A stretch of 39,708 bases of DNA, from IMG/VR virus record IMGVR_UViG_2909288124_000005, positions 1-39,708 of that record; one strand, 5' to 3'. Below the pieces are notes generated by a model. That model had not been told where the DNA came from, searched no databases, and was given only the letters and a program-made list of their open reading frames with translations. Every line of letters begins with the position of its first letter. Positions within the stretch are counted from its first letter, which is position 1. The position numbers were made by a program, and so were the translations under genes. Below, one piece after another: positions 7,873 to 16,925 of the stretch. This stretch comes from a virus. Lineage: Duplodnaviria > Heunggongvirae > Uroviricota > Caudoviricetes.

Positions 7873-8705
7873 ACAGTTTAACGGCAAATAACCGTTTGTC
7901 GCAACAGCTGGTGGTCAGCGTCGCTGAACACCTGTTGTTACGGCATGAATGCAGATTACCAAATCACCTGGCTGTAAGTAACCACAGAGAACTTTACCTG
8001 ACTGTGGGGGGCGAGTTGTGCAGGAACTTAACCGCTGGTTTCGTGACGGAAGAGGGCTTTATGTCCATGTTATTCGTTGGGAGCCAGAAACACAGCGCGT
8101 TATCTATCTTCGCAAAGACTACCCGCATGAGTGCTTTAGTCCTTTGTGGAAATTCAGGCGTGATTTTGTTGAGTGTGAAGGACCACCAGCACATTGATTC
8201 TGCCATTCCGGGACGTTACACTGTTCAGGCACCTTATAAAGCGGGTGTCGGGATTGGCGTCCTGGAATTGCATACGGCGACAATTGGCGCGTTAGCGTCT
8301 TTTTTGTTGCTACAACTCAGCTATACCCAAATTATGGTGGGCTGGGTGGGGGCACCGAAAGGTGCGCCGGTTTCCGTATGCGCCGGTTACGCCAACCCTG
8401 CTCAGTTCACCACCAGCGAAATTGGCGTTTCCGGTGGTGGAAGTTATCCATTGCATACGGAGGCTGCCATCATGGCTACTGTCCCAGCCCTCACTCGTCT
8501 GAATGATGAAGACTTACATAAACTCAGTTATGTAACAACTGCACTACGTGCTCTGCGCAAGGTAACTCTTTCGGATCCGCAGGCGCATCAAGTTCTGGTA
8601 GAAACCCTTCTTAACTTGCAGGCTGAACGTATTCGTCTGGCGGATAAGACTAATTTTCATATTCACCGTCTCCTGAATATCAGCGGAGGGCATCGTCATG
8701 CTTAA
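7869..8705 (+). CDS. Hypothetical protein (278 aa)
   Basis: Long open frame, start overlaps upstream stop (ATGA) and end overlaps next start; no domain recognised. Confidence 0.4.
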   Translation: MNSLTANNRLSQQLVVSVAEHLLLRHECRLPNHLAVSNHRELYLTVGGELCRNLTAGFVTEEGFMSMLFVGSQKHSALSIFAKTTRMSALVLCGNSGVILLSVKDHQHIDSAIPGRYTVQAPYKAGVGIGVLELHTATIGALASFLLLQLSYTQIMVGWVGAPKGAPVSVCAGYANPAQFTTSEIGVSGGGSYPLHTEAAIMATVPALTRLNDEDLHKLSYVTTALRALRKVTLSDPQAHQVLVETLLNLQAERIRLADKTNFHIHRLLNISGGHRHA

Positions 8706-8934
8706 TCCGTTGATCCTCAATATTTGCCGTTTTCTTCAGCGTAAAAAAACATCAATTCCTACAGTTGGGCAGTGGTACACCACACCTGCAGGGCATGTTC
8801 TACGTGTTAGCCTGGTTGACCGTGAATGCCAGAAGGTGATTTGTGAACCGCTTGGCCGTAATTACCGCGTCAGTATGCCGCTTATAGCCTTTCGCTCCGG
8901 AAAAAACATGAAGCATCTCGGAGGTGCAGCATGA
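8698..8934 (+). CDS. Hypothetical protein (78 aa)
   Basis: Translationally coupled on both sides. Confidence 0.35.
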   Translation: MLNPLILNICRFLQRKKTSIPTVGQWYTTPAGHVLRVSLVDRECQKVICEPLGRNYRVSMPLIAFRSGKNMKHLGGAA

Positions 8935-9749
8935 GTATGGAGCTGATGGTTAAAGCGATGAAAATTCGAGTGGGTAATCCATTGCGAAAACTGGTTCTGA
9001 TCAAGCTGGCTGATAATGCCAGCGATCAGGGTGAGTGCTGGCCCAGCTACCAGCATATTGCTGACCAGTGCGAGATTAGCAAACGTTCTGTGATGAATCA
9101 TATTGCGGCCCTTTGTGAGTCCGGGCTGGTAAAAAAAGTCACCCGGAAAGGTGAAAAAGGTAACTCAAGTAATATCTATCTCCTTCATCTGGATGGTGCA
9201 GGAGATTCACTAGGGGGTAGTGCAAATAATTCACTATCTGGTGCAGCAAATTCACTAGGTAGTGCAGGAGTTGCACCAGGGGGTAGTGCAGGAGATTCAC
9301 CCAGAACCAGTCACTCTTTTGAACCAGTCAAAGAACCAGTCAATGAACCAATAGCTGTTGGTGCATCAGTTGATGAGTCCGTGCGAGTTCGTTCAAACCG
9401 ACCGGAATACTCTCCGGAGTTTGAGCAGGCATGGCTGGCATATCCCAAACGTGCTGGTGGCAATTCAAAATCTGCAGCCTTCAAAGCCTGGAAAGCCCGT
9501 TTGAATGAGGGAGTAAACCCCGAAACCATGCTGGAAGGTGTGAAACGCTACGCGGGCTGGGTATCTGCGATGGGTAACAGCGGCACACAATTTGTGAAAC
9601 AGGCTGTCACGTTCTTTGGTCCGGATCGTCATTTCGAAGAATCCTGGGAAGTTCCTGCGGTATCTGCAGCCAGACGTGAGGACCCGTACTTCAAAGCCAG
9701 TTACGACAACGTGGACTACAGCCAGATCCCGGCAGGATTCAGGGGGTGA
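8931..9749 (+). CDS. Replication initiator-like protein (N-terminal winged HTH)
   Basis: N-terminal LRKLVLIKLADNASDQGECWPSYQHIADQCEISKRSVMNHIAAL resembles phage replication-protein HTH domains; internal iteron array. Confidence 0.6.
   Translation: MSMELMVKAMKIRVGNPLRKLVLIKLADNASDQGECWPSYQHIADQCEISKRSVMNHIAALCESGLVKKVTRKGEKGNSSNIYLLHLDGAGDSLGGSANNSLSGAANSLGSAGVAPGGSAGDSPRTSHSFEPVKEPVNEPIAVGASVDESVRVRSNRPEYSPEFEQAWLAYPKRAGGNSKSAAFKAWKARLNEGVNPETMLEGVKRYAGWVSAMGNSGTQFVKQAVTFFGPDRHFEESWEVPAVSAARREDPYFKASYDNVDYSQIPAGFRG
9195..9354. repeat. Iteron-like direct repeats inside replication gene (putative ori)
   Basis: GTGCAG at 9196, 9241, 9262, 9285 and AGTGCA at 9219 (TGCA spacing about 21-23 bp); GAACCAGTCA at 9304, 9321, 9333. 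Confidence 0.5.
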
Positions 9750-10240
9750 TCATGAGTCTTTTGAATGAAGTTCAGAAATTCATTGAAGCCCATCCGGGGT
9801 GTACTTCCGGAGACATTGCGGATGCTTTTGCAGGTTACTCACGGCAGCGCGTTCTGCAGTCAGCAAGCAAGTTACGTCAGAGTGGGCGTGTGGCTCACCG
9901 TTGTGAAGGAGATACACGCAGACATTTCCCACGCCTGACTGAGAGAGCGCAGGAGCCGGAACCACAACCAGTTCGTGAAACCAAACCTGTGCGCAATTTC
10001 TATGTCGGCACTAACGATCCCCGGGTGATTTTGTGCCTGACCCGCCAGGCTGAAGAGCTGGAGTCCAGGGGGTTATACCGTCGTGCTGCAACGGTGTGGA
10101 TGGCGGCATTCCGAGAAAGCCACTCCCAGCCAGAACGAAACAATTTTCTGGCGCGTCGTGAGCAGTGCTTACGGAAAAGCAGCAAGCGAGCTGTATCGGG
10201 TGATGAGTGGTATCTGTCAGGGAATTACGTGGGGGCTTAA
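9746..10240 (+). CDS. Putative regulator with PerC-like C-terminal motif
   Basis: Motif EELESRGLYRRAATVWMAAF resembles PerC-family signature as I recall it; weak. Confidence 0.3.
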   Translation: MIMSLLNEVQKFIEAHPGCTSGDIADAFAGYSRQRVLQSASKLRQSGRVAHRCEGDTRRHFPRLTERAQEPEPQPVRETKPVRNFYVGTNDPRVILCLTRQAEELESRGLYRRAATVWMAAFRESHSQPERNNFLARREQCLRKSSKRAVSGDEWYLSGNYVGA

Positions 10241-10893
10241 TGAGTAATAAATATTGCCAGGAGCTGGTGGAACTGCGGAACAAACCAGCCCATGAACTGA
10301 AGGAAGTGGGTGATCAGTGGCGCACGCCGGACAACATTTTCTGGGGAATTAACACCCTGTTTGGCCCGTTTGTTCTGGATCTGTTCACTGACGGTGATAA
10401 CGCCAAATGTGCCGCGTATTACACTGCGGAAGACAACGCGCTGGCGCATGACTGGTCAGAACGTCTTGCGGAGCTTAAAGGGGCTGCCTTTGGTAATCCC
10501 CCATACAGCCGCGCCAGTCAGCATGAAGGGCAATACATCACCGGCATGCGTTACATCATGAAGCATGCCAGTGCCATGCGTGATAAGGGCGGACGCTATG
10601 TTTTCCTGATCAAAGCTGCCACCAGCGAAGTGTGGTGGCCGGAAGATGCAGATCATATTGCTTTTATTCGCGGGCGTATTGGTTTTGAACTGCCTGCCTG
10701 GTTTATCCCGAAGGACGAGAAGCAGGTGCCGACAGGCGCTTTCTTCGCTGGTGCTATTGCTGTTTTCGACAAGACCTGGAAGGGACCGGCAATCAGCTAC
10801 ATCGGGCGCGATGAACTTGAGGCATGTGGTGAGGCGTTTCTGGCGCAGGTTCGCCAGCAGGCAGAAAAACTGGTCAGGGAGATGGCGGCATGA
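10240..10893 (+). CDS. Phage N6-adenine DNA methyltransferase (Dam-type)
   Basis: NPPY catalytic motif (FGNPPYSR); ATG 10240 overlaps upstream stop (TAATG). Confidence 0.75.
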   Translation: MSNKYCQELVELRNKPAHELKEVGDQWRTPDNIFWGINTLFGPFVLDLFTDGDNAKCAAYYTAEDNALAHDWSERLAELKGAAFGNPPYSRASQHEGQYITGMRYIMKHASAMRDKGGRYVFLIKAATSEVWWPEDADHIAFIRGRIGFELPAWFIPKDEKQVPTGAFFAGAIAVFDKTWKGPAISYIGRDELEACGEAFLAQVRQQAEKLVREMAA

Positions 10894-11216
10894 CGACGTT
10901 AACTCAATGCCAGCAGCAGGTGCTGGATATGCTGATTTCTTATCAGAAAGAACGTGGCTTCCCGCCAACCAATCAGGAGGTGGCAACCATGCTGGGATAC
11001 CGTTCGGTGAATGCAGCGGTGGAGCATCTTCGCGCACTGGAGAAAAAAGGCGTCATCACGATAAAGCGTGGCGTGGCCCGGGGGATAACGCTTCATACCG
11101 CGGTGAAGGACGACGACAGCGAGGCGGTCGGGATTATCCGCGCACTGCTTGCCGGTGAGGAAAACGCAAGGCTGCGTGCAACCCACTGGTTACATGAGAG
11201 GGACCTGAAAGTATGA
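10890..11216 (+). CDS. LexA N-terminal DNA-binding-domain protein lacking peptidase domain
   Basis: QQQVLDMLISYQKERGFPPTNQEVATMLGYRSVNAAVEHLRALEKKGVI closely parallels the LexA N-terminal domain; only 108 aa. Confidence 0.6.
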   Translation: MTTLTQCQQQVLDMLISYQKERGFPPTNQEVATMLGYRSVNAAVEHLRALEKKGVITIKRGVARGITLHTAVKDDDSEAVGIIRALLAGEENARLRATHWLHERDLKV

Positions 11217-11602
11217 AGCTGATCCTGCCTTTTCCGCCCAGCGTGAACACGTACTGGCGACACCCCAACAAAGGGGCGTTTGCTGGTAAGAGCCTGATAA
11301 GCGCGGCGGGGCGAAAATTCCAGAGCGCGGCGTGCGCAGCAATAGTTGAGCAGTTACGTCGTCTGCCGAAACCAACGTCGGCACCTGCTTCAGTGGAGAT
11401 CGTGTTGTTTCCTCCGGATAACCGGATCCGCGATCTGGACAACTATAACAAGGCGCTGTTTGACGCCCTGACCCACGCGGGTGTGTGGGAAGACGACAGT
11501 CAGGTGAAAAGAATGCTGGTGGAGTGGGGATCGGTTATCCCGGAAGGGAAGGTCGAGATCACTATCAGTAAGTACGAGAAAACGGCGGGTGCAGCTGCCT
11601 GA
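11213..11602 (+). CDS. rusA: RusA Holliday-junction resolvase
   Basis: LPFPPSVNTYW and D-x-DN...DAL...GVWEDD motifs characteristic of RusA. Confidence 0.85.
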   Translation: MKLILPFPPSVNTYWRHPNKGAFAGKSLISAAGRKFQSAACAAIVEQLRRLPKPTSAPASVEIVLFPPDNRIRDLDNYNKALFDALTHAGVWEDDSQVKRMLVEWGSVIPEGKVEITISKYEKTAGAAA

Positions 11603-11621
11603 TTAAGAGGAGAAACGAAGT

Positions 11622-12431
11622 ATGAATAATCTGATGGTCATTGATGGTATTGAAGTTCGTCGTGATGCTTATGGGCGTTACAGCCTGAACGATCTGCATC
11701 GCGCAGCAGTAGCATCTGGTGCAAATGCCAGAACCAAGGAGCCGGGAAAGTTTCTTTCCAGCCAACAAACTGTTGAGCTTGTTCATGAATTGACCAACAC
11801 CCAGAATTTGGGTGTTGACCCGGTGAGTGTGATTCATGGGGGAAATGAACGGGGAACGTATGTCTGCAAGGAACTGGTGTATGCCTATGCAATGTGGATC
11901 AGCCCGTCATTCCATCTGAAGGTGATCCGTACTTTCGATATGGTAACCAGCGCACCGGAAAAATTATCCGGACAGGCTGCTGACAAGATGCAGGCTGGCG
12001 TGATCCTGCTGGACTTTATGCGCCGGGAGTTAAACCTGTCTAACTCTTCAGTGCTTGGTGCCTGTCAGAAACTCCAGGAGGCTGTTGGCTTACCGAATCT
12101 GGCACCGCGCTATGCCATTGATGCTCCTGCTGATGCACACGATGGCTCAAGTCGCCCGACACTGTCACTGAGTGCACTGCTGAAACAGTATGGTATACGC
12201 CTGACGGCTAATCAGGCATATCACCAGATGGTGAAACTGGGGATCGTCGAGCAGCGCGAACGATACAGCCGTACCGCGATTAACAACATCAAAAAATTCT
12301 GGTCGCTGACAGCGAAAGGTTGCATGTTCGGCAAGAACATCACCAGTCCCGCAAATCCGCGCGAGACGCAGCCGCATTTCTTCGAATCCCGATTCCCTGA
12401 GCTGTTAAAGCTGCTCGATACCGTTCATTGA
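11622..12431 (+). CDS. KilA-N domain protein (antirepressor-like)
   Basis: N-terminal GRYSLNDLHRA motif typical of KilA-N. Confidence 0.55.
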   Translation: MNNLMVIDGIEVRRDAYGRYSLNDLHRAAVASGANARTKEPGKFLSSQQTVELVHELTNTQNLGVDPVSVIHGGNERGTYVCKELVYAYAMWISPSFHLKVIRTFDMVTSAPEKLSGQAADKMQAGVILLDFMRRELNLSNSSVLGACQKLQEAVGLPNLAPRYAIDAPADAHDGSSRPTLSLSALLKQYGIRLTANQAYHQMVKLGIVEQRERYSRTAINNIKKFWSLTAKGCMFGKNITSPANPRETQPHFFESRFPELLKLLDTVH

Positions 12432-12432
12432 G

Positions 12433-13428
12433 GTGACCGTGAGAGCACTACTGACCCCTGAAATTGCCCCGCGTATGGGGATCGTATTGTTCAGGCCAGG
12501 TTCAGAGCTGATGCCCCTGTTTATGCAGGGGCGTGTCCTGCTGGAGCCTGAGCCGGAGCGTTATTCATCTTTCGCCAGTGGTGCCGTTCCGGCGGCATCA
12601 CAACCGCTGGCGGATGATCCTGCCGTTCGGGCCGTGTTCCGCAATGAGGCAGTGATCCGTCGTGCTGGTGGCGTGGAATGTCTTGAAAGCTGGTTACTTC
12701 GTGAAAAAGGCTGTCAGTGGCCTCATTCCGACTGGCACAGCGAGAACATGACCACAATGCGACACGCGCCGGGTGCAATCCGTCTGTGCTGGCACTGCGA
12801 TAACCAGCTGCGCGATCAGTTCACGGAACGGCTGGAATCAATGGCAACGGATAACTGTGCCCGCTGGGTGTTGTCTGTTGTGCGTCGGGATCTCGGTTTT
12901 GATGACAGTCACGTTGTGACAATGCCGGAACTGTGCTGGTGGCTGATTCGTAATGATCTGGCGGATGCCTTACCGGAAAGTGCAGCCCGTAAGGCACTGA
13001 GATTACCGAAGCCTGTTGTGCCGTCTGTTACCCGGGAAAGTGACCTTGTGCCTTCGGTTCCTGCCACCAGCATCATCCAGGATAAGGCGAAAAAGGTGCT
13101 GGCGCTGAAAGTGGATCCGGAGTCGCCGGAGTCTTTTATGTTACGCCCAAAACGTCGCCGCTGGGTTAATGAAAAGTACACGCGCTGGGTTAAGACACAG
13201 CCGTGTGCATGTTGTGGAAAGCCCGCTGATGATCCCCACCACCTGATAGGTCACGGTCAGGGTGGAATGGGAACAAAAGCGCATGACCTCTTTGTGTTGC
13301 CTTTGTGCAGAAAGCATCACGACGAGCTGCATGCGGATACCGTGGCATTTGAAGAGAAGTATGGTTCCCAGCTGGAGCTGATATTTCGTTTTATCGATCG
13401 TGCGCTGGCAATAGGCGTACTGGCGTAA
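12433..13428 (+). CDS. DUF968-like protein with HNH-like Cys/His motif
   Basis: C-terminal CACCGK...HHLIGHG...LPLCRKHHDELH. Confidence 0.5.
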   Translation: MTVRALLTPEIAPRMGIVLFRPGSELMPLFMQGRVLLEPEPERYSSFASGAVPAASQPLADDPAVRAVFRNEAVIRRAGGVECLESWLLREKGCQWPHSDWHSENMTTMRHAPGAIRLCWHCDNQLRDQFTERLESMATDNCARWVLSVVRRDLGFDDSHVVTMPELCWWLIRNDLADALPESAARKALRLPKPVVPSVTRESDLVPSVPATSIIQDKAKKVLALKVDPESPESFMLRPKRRRWVNEKYTRWVKTQPCACCGKPADDPHHLIGHGQGGMGTKAHDLFVLPLCRKHHDELHADTVAFEEKYGSQLELIFRFIDRALAIGVLA

Positions 13429-13441
13429 GTGGAGAACGAGC

Positions 13442-14194
13442 ATGAACCTTGAAGCCTTACCGAAATATTACTCCCCGAAATCTCCAAAACTGAGCGATGA
13501 CGCACCGGCGACAGGCTCTGGTGGTTTAACAATTACGGATGTGATGGCTGCGCAGGGGATGGTGCAGTCGAAAGCACCGCTTGGGTTTGCCTTATTCCTG
13601 GCAAAAGTTGGTGTTCAGGATCCTCAGTTTGCGATTGAAGGTCTGCTCAATTACGCGATGGCACTGGATAACCCGACATTGAACAAATTGAGTGAAGAAA
13701 CCCGGTTACAGATCATCCCTTACCTTGTGAATTTTGCCTTTGCTGATTATTCCAGGTCTGCGGCAAGTAAGGCTCGCTGTGAGCATTGTGCTGGTACTGG
13801 ATTTCATAATGTATTGCGCGAAGTGGTGAAACACTCCAGAAGCGGGGAATCTGTTATCAAGGAAGAGTGGGTGAAGGAACTATGTCAGCATTGTCATGGT
13901 AAGGGAGAAGTCAGCACAGCGTGTAGAGGGTGTAAGGGGAAAGGTATTGTACTGGATGAAAAAAGAACCCGGCTTCATGGTGCGCCTGTTTATAAGATTT
14001 GTGGGCGTTGCAATGGAAACCGGTTTAGCCGTTTACCAACCACACTGGCGCGGCATCATGTCCAGAAGCTGGTACCGGACCTGACGGATTATCAGTGGTA
14101 CAAAGGATATGCAGATGTCATTGATAAACTGGTTACAAAGTGCTGGCAGGAAGAAGCATATGCAGAGACACAATTGAGAAAAGTGACAAGATAA
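13442..14194 (+). CDS. Q-like late antiterminator
   Basis: CxxC...CxxC zinc-finger pairs; immediately upstream of late promoter/terminator and lysis cassette. Confidence 0.55.
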   Translation: MNLEALPKYYSPKSPKLSDDAPATGSGGLTITDVMAAQGMVQSKAPLGFALFLAKVGVQDPQFAIEGLLNYAMALDNPTLNKLSEETRLQIIPYLVNFAFADYSRSAASKARCEHCAGTGFHNVLREVVKHSRSGESVIKEEWVKELCQHCHGKGEVSTACRGCKGKGIVLDEKRTRLHGAPVYKICGRCNGNRFSRLPTTLARHHVQKLVPDLTDYQWYKGYADVIDKLVTKCWQEEAYAETQLRKVTR

Positions 14195-14225
14195 ATGATT
14201 TTCGCCGAAGATGGCGACATGATGC

Positions 14226-14254
14226 TTGCATTTTTCAAAAAATATGGTTAGGAT
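14226..14254 (+). promoter_or_regulatory. Putative late promoter (PR-prime-like)
   Basis: TTGCAT -17 bp- TAGGAT, about 50 bp upstream of an intrinsic terminator. Confidence 0.35.
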
Positions 14255-14304
14255 TCTCCTAACGATGGGCTTTGTATGTCTGCCGTTAACGAAATCATAA
14301 CAAA

Positions 14305-14330
14305 CCTCGCTTCGGCGGGGTTTTTGCTTT
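14305..14330 (+). terminator. Intrinsic terminator (tR-prime-like; candidate Q target)
   Basis: CCTCGC-TTCG-GCGGGG hairpin followed by TTTTTGCTTTTCT. Confidence 0.55.
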
Positions 14331-14344
14331 TCTGGAGGTCAATA

Positions 14345-14602
14345 ATGCAGGGCGAAAAGCAGCAGCCATATTTTTTTAACCCTGGTATGACTGTTGAACA
14401 GCTTGAAGACTGGCTGGAGCAGCAAAAGCTTCATCTAAGCCGCTATAACCGTCTGGTAAAAGAAAAAGCAGAGCTTGAAGAACGGCTCAGTGATATTTCT
14501 GTGGAAATTGAACGAATGTCTGCTGGTGGTTTTAACGGAAAGTTGAGTTTCCCCTGGGAGTCAAGTTCGCTTCTGAGAAATCATCAACAGGGTAGTATTT
14601 GA
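14345..14602 (+). CDS. Hypothetical coiled-coil protein, first late gene
   Basis: ATG 14345 preceded by GGAGG; charged helical composition; no TM segment. Confidence 0.35.
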   Translation: MQGEKQQPYFFNPGMTVEQLEDWLEQQKLHLSRYNRLVKEKAELEERLSDISVEIERMSAGGFNGKLSFPWESSSLLRNHQQGSI

Positions 14603-14681
14603 CTGAAATAATAAACAGACTGTCATTAAGATCCCTTCCCCTCATATCTGAGAGGGCCAACAGCAATTAAGAGGGGGCTAA

Positions 14682-15068
14682 ATGTCCGATCCGATTTCCG
14701 GTACTGGGCTGGCTGGTGGTGCCCTGACGGGTGCCAGTGTTTATGGACTGCTGACCGGAACTGATTACGGCGTTGTATTTGGCGCATTTGCAGGGGCTGT
14801 ATTCTACATAGCAACAGCAGCAGATCTGAGTGCATCGCGCCGACTGGCATATTTTATCGTGTCATATATTGCCGGGATTCTTTGCTCTGGGTTGGTTGGC
14901 TCCAAGCTGGCGAACTTGACCGGATACAGTGATAAACCTCTGGATGCTATTGGTGCCGTAATCGTCTCTGCTTTAGCCGTTAAAATCCTGACGTTCCTGA
15001 ATAATCAGGATATCGGCTCGCTGGTGGCGCTCATAACGCGCCGGGGAGGTTCAGGTGGAGCTAAATGA
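14682..15068 (+). CDS. Holin (multi-TM)
   Basis: Several Gly/Ala-rich hydrophobic segments with charged C-terminus; precedes endolysin. Confidence 0.55.
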   Translation: MSDPISGTGLAGGALTGASVYGLLTGTDYGVVFGAFAGAVFYIATAADLSASRRLAYFIVSYIAGILCSGLVGSKLANLTGYSDKPLDAIGAVIVSALAVKILTFLNNQDIGSLVALITRRGGSGGAK

Positions 15069-15336
15069 CCCGACAGCAACTATAAATGCGCTGTTATGTG
15101 CTTGTGTTGTTATTACTCTGATGTTTTATCGTCGTGGTGATTCGCGGCATCGTCCTTGGGTTTCACGTTTAGCCTGGCTGATTACTGTTACATACAGTGC
15201 TGTTCCGTTGGCCTATCTCTGTGGGATTTATCCCCATTCCTCATGGCCCATTATCGTGGCGAACACTATTTTTCTTTCCGTGCTGGTGGCCGTCAGAGGC
15301 AACGTTGCACGTCTGGTTGATCATCTGAGGCACTAA
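15055..15336 (+). CDS. Holin/antiholin-like membrane protein
   Basis: Hydrophobic helices; within lysis cassette. Confidence 0.45.
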   Translation: MELNDPTATINALLCACVVITLMFYRRGDSRHRPWVSRLAWLITVTYSAVPLAYLCGIYPHSSWPIIVANTIFLSVLVAVRGNVARLVDHLRH

Positions 15337-15950
15337 TGAACCAACAATTATTTCAAAAGGCGGCTGGTATTAGCGCCGGGCTGGCTGCGCGCTGGTTTCC
15401 GCACATTGATGCGGCGATGAAGGAATTCGGCATTACAGCACCAGCGGATCAGGCAATGTTTATCGCTCAGGTAGGCCATGAGTCGATGGGGTTTAGCGCC
15501 GTAGTTGAAAATTTTAACTACACACCATCTGCGCTGGTGGCGACGTTCGGAAAGAGGATCACACAGCAGCAGGCTGATGCCCTTGGCAGAACATCCGGAC
15601 ATGCAGCTCGTCAGGATGCTATTGCCAATCTGGTGTATAGCAACCGACTGGGTAACAAAGCACCAGGTGATGGCTGGAAATATCGTGGTAGAGGATTAAT
15701 TCAAATCACTGGCCTCCATAATTATCGCATCTGTGGCGCGGCGCTGAAGTTAGATCTGGTGACTTCACCTGAACAACTGGAACAGGAACTACAGGCTGCG
15801 CGCTCAGCTGCATGGTTCTACACCTCGAAAGGTTGCATGATCTACGGTGCCGATATTAACCGTGTTACGCGCATCATTAACGGCGGTTTGAACGGTATTG
15901 AGGATCGTAAGGTCCGATACAACAAGGCGCGGGCGGCGCTGCTGGTATGA
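15336..15950 (+). CDS. Endolysin, glycoside hydrolase family 19
   Basis: QVGHES...GRGLIQITG motifs typical of GH19 phage lysozymes. Confidence 0.8.
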   Translation: MNQQLFQKAAGISAGLAARWFPHIDAAMKEFGITAPADQAMFIAQVGHESMGFSAVVENFNYTPSALVATFGKRITQQQADALGRTSGHAARQDAIANLVYSNRLGNKAPGDGWKYRGRGLIQITGLHNYRICGAALKLDLVTSPEQLEQELQAARSAAWFYTSKGCMIYGADINRVTRIINGGLNGIEDRKVRYNKARAALLV

Positions 15951-16339
15951 AGATGAGTTATTGGGCGCTCATTTTAACGTTTATTGCTTGTGTCGCTGGT
16001 GGTCTTGTCTGGTCAGCGAATCACTATCATGGAAAGTTTCTGGAGGAGCAGAAGCGTGCTGATGCTGCGGAACAGCGAGCTGATTCTACTGAGGCTATCA
16101 CCGCGAATGTTCTGCGTACTATGGCAATAACGAACATCATTCAGGAGGCGAATCAACATGCAAAACAGCAGATCGCACTGGAGTCACAGAGAACCCAGGA
16201 AGATATCAAAGTGGCTGTTGCGGATGATGATTGTGCTTCACGTCCTGTGCCTGCTGCCGCTGCTGACCGGTTGCGGAAGTACGCGAACAGTTTACGTCCA
16301 GGTTCCGGTAGTTCCGTTACCAGCCAGCCTGACGGCTGA
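15947..16339 (+). CDS. Rz-like inner-membrane spanin
   Basis: N-terminal TM helix plus charged coiled-coil. Confidence 0.6.
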   Translation: MKMSYWALILTFIACVAGGLVWSANHYHGKFLEEQKRADAAEQRADSTEAITANVLRTMAITNIIQEANQHAKQQIALESQRTQEDIKVAVADDDCASRPVPAAAADRLRKYANSLRPGSGSSVTSQPDG

Positions 16340-16493
16340 AACCCCTCAGCCTGATTTACCTGATCATTTTACGTGGGGCTCGAGCTTAGATCTGAATGTC
16401 GCCTTGTTGTCTGCATTGGCGCAGTGTAATACCGATAAAGCTGACATCAGAAGGATTGAAGTTGAGCGTGGTCACATCATGCAAAAAAAATGA
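16224..16493 (+). CDS. Rz1-like outer-membrane lipoprotein spanin
   Basis: Alternate frame within and beyond Rz; signal peptide with lipobox LLTGC; proline-rich mature region. Confidence 0.55.
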   Translation: MMIVLHVLCLLPLLTGCGSTRTVYVQVPVVPLPASLTAETPQPDLPDHFTWGSSLDLNVALLSALAQCNTDKADIRRIEVERGHIMQKK

Positions 16494-16585
16494 TGTTAAC
16501 TTTGTTTTGTTCCTTGATTTGATATGTGATGGCCCAATAGATACAAAGCACCTGATTTTGGTGACTCTTTTAAAGGGCTTTACAC

Positions 16586-16906
16586 ATGAAAGATGGTATC
16601 TATTTTGTTGTTTTCAGAAGCAATCAACGTGATTTTGGTAATGGTACCGTAGTTGTCAAAAACAATGCAGTAAACGGCGGAGATTTTGGTTTTACGTATC
16701 AGGGAAAAATTGACGGTAGCCAACTTATTCTGCGCGTATCGCAGCATGATTTAAATGTCACCTCGGTTTTCCCTGGGGTAAAGAACTTTGAATTGAGTCT
16801 TTCTTTGCAGGAACGAGGACGTGATTACCTGTTAAATGGATCTGTGGTCGGAATGCCTCAGATGCAAATTTCAATTAGTGCAAAATACATTGGTGATCTG
16901 ATTTAG
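16586..16906 (+). CDS. GrlR-like protein (moron)
   Basis: MKDGIYFVVFRSN...NGGDFGFTYQGK resembles recalled GrlR N-terminus (MKDGIYSIIFISN...GGD...YQG); own terminator downstream. Confidence 0.4.
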   Translation: MKDGIYFVVFRSNQRDFGNGTVVVKNNAVNGGDFGFTYQGKIDGSQLILRVSQHDLNVTSVFPGVKNFELSLSLQERGRDYLLNGSVVGMPQMQISISAKYIGDLI

Positions 16907-16925
16907 TTTATCGAGATGATAATTG

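Noticed and set aside
8018-8197. Alternative-frame 59-aa ORF inside the 278-aa ORF
   Set aside because: It is shorter than the long coupled frame it sits in and has no obvious RBS; noted but not called as a gene.
9195-9354. Possible CRISPR array
   Set aside because: Repeats are short, irregular and inside a coding region with no cas genes; they fit replication-origin iterons instead.
10456-11037. Long antisense ORFs within coding regions (e.g. 10456..11037, 19877..20392, 24141..24746, 29850..30347, 38289..38852)
   Set aside because: They lie antisense to well-supported genes (methyltransferase, portal, tail terminator, DNA circulation, dusA) and have biased non-protein-like composition.
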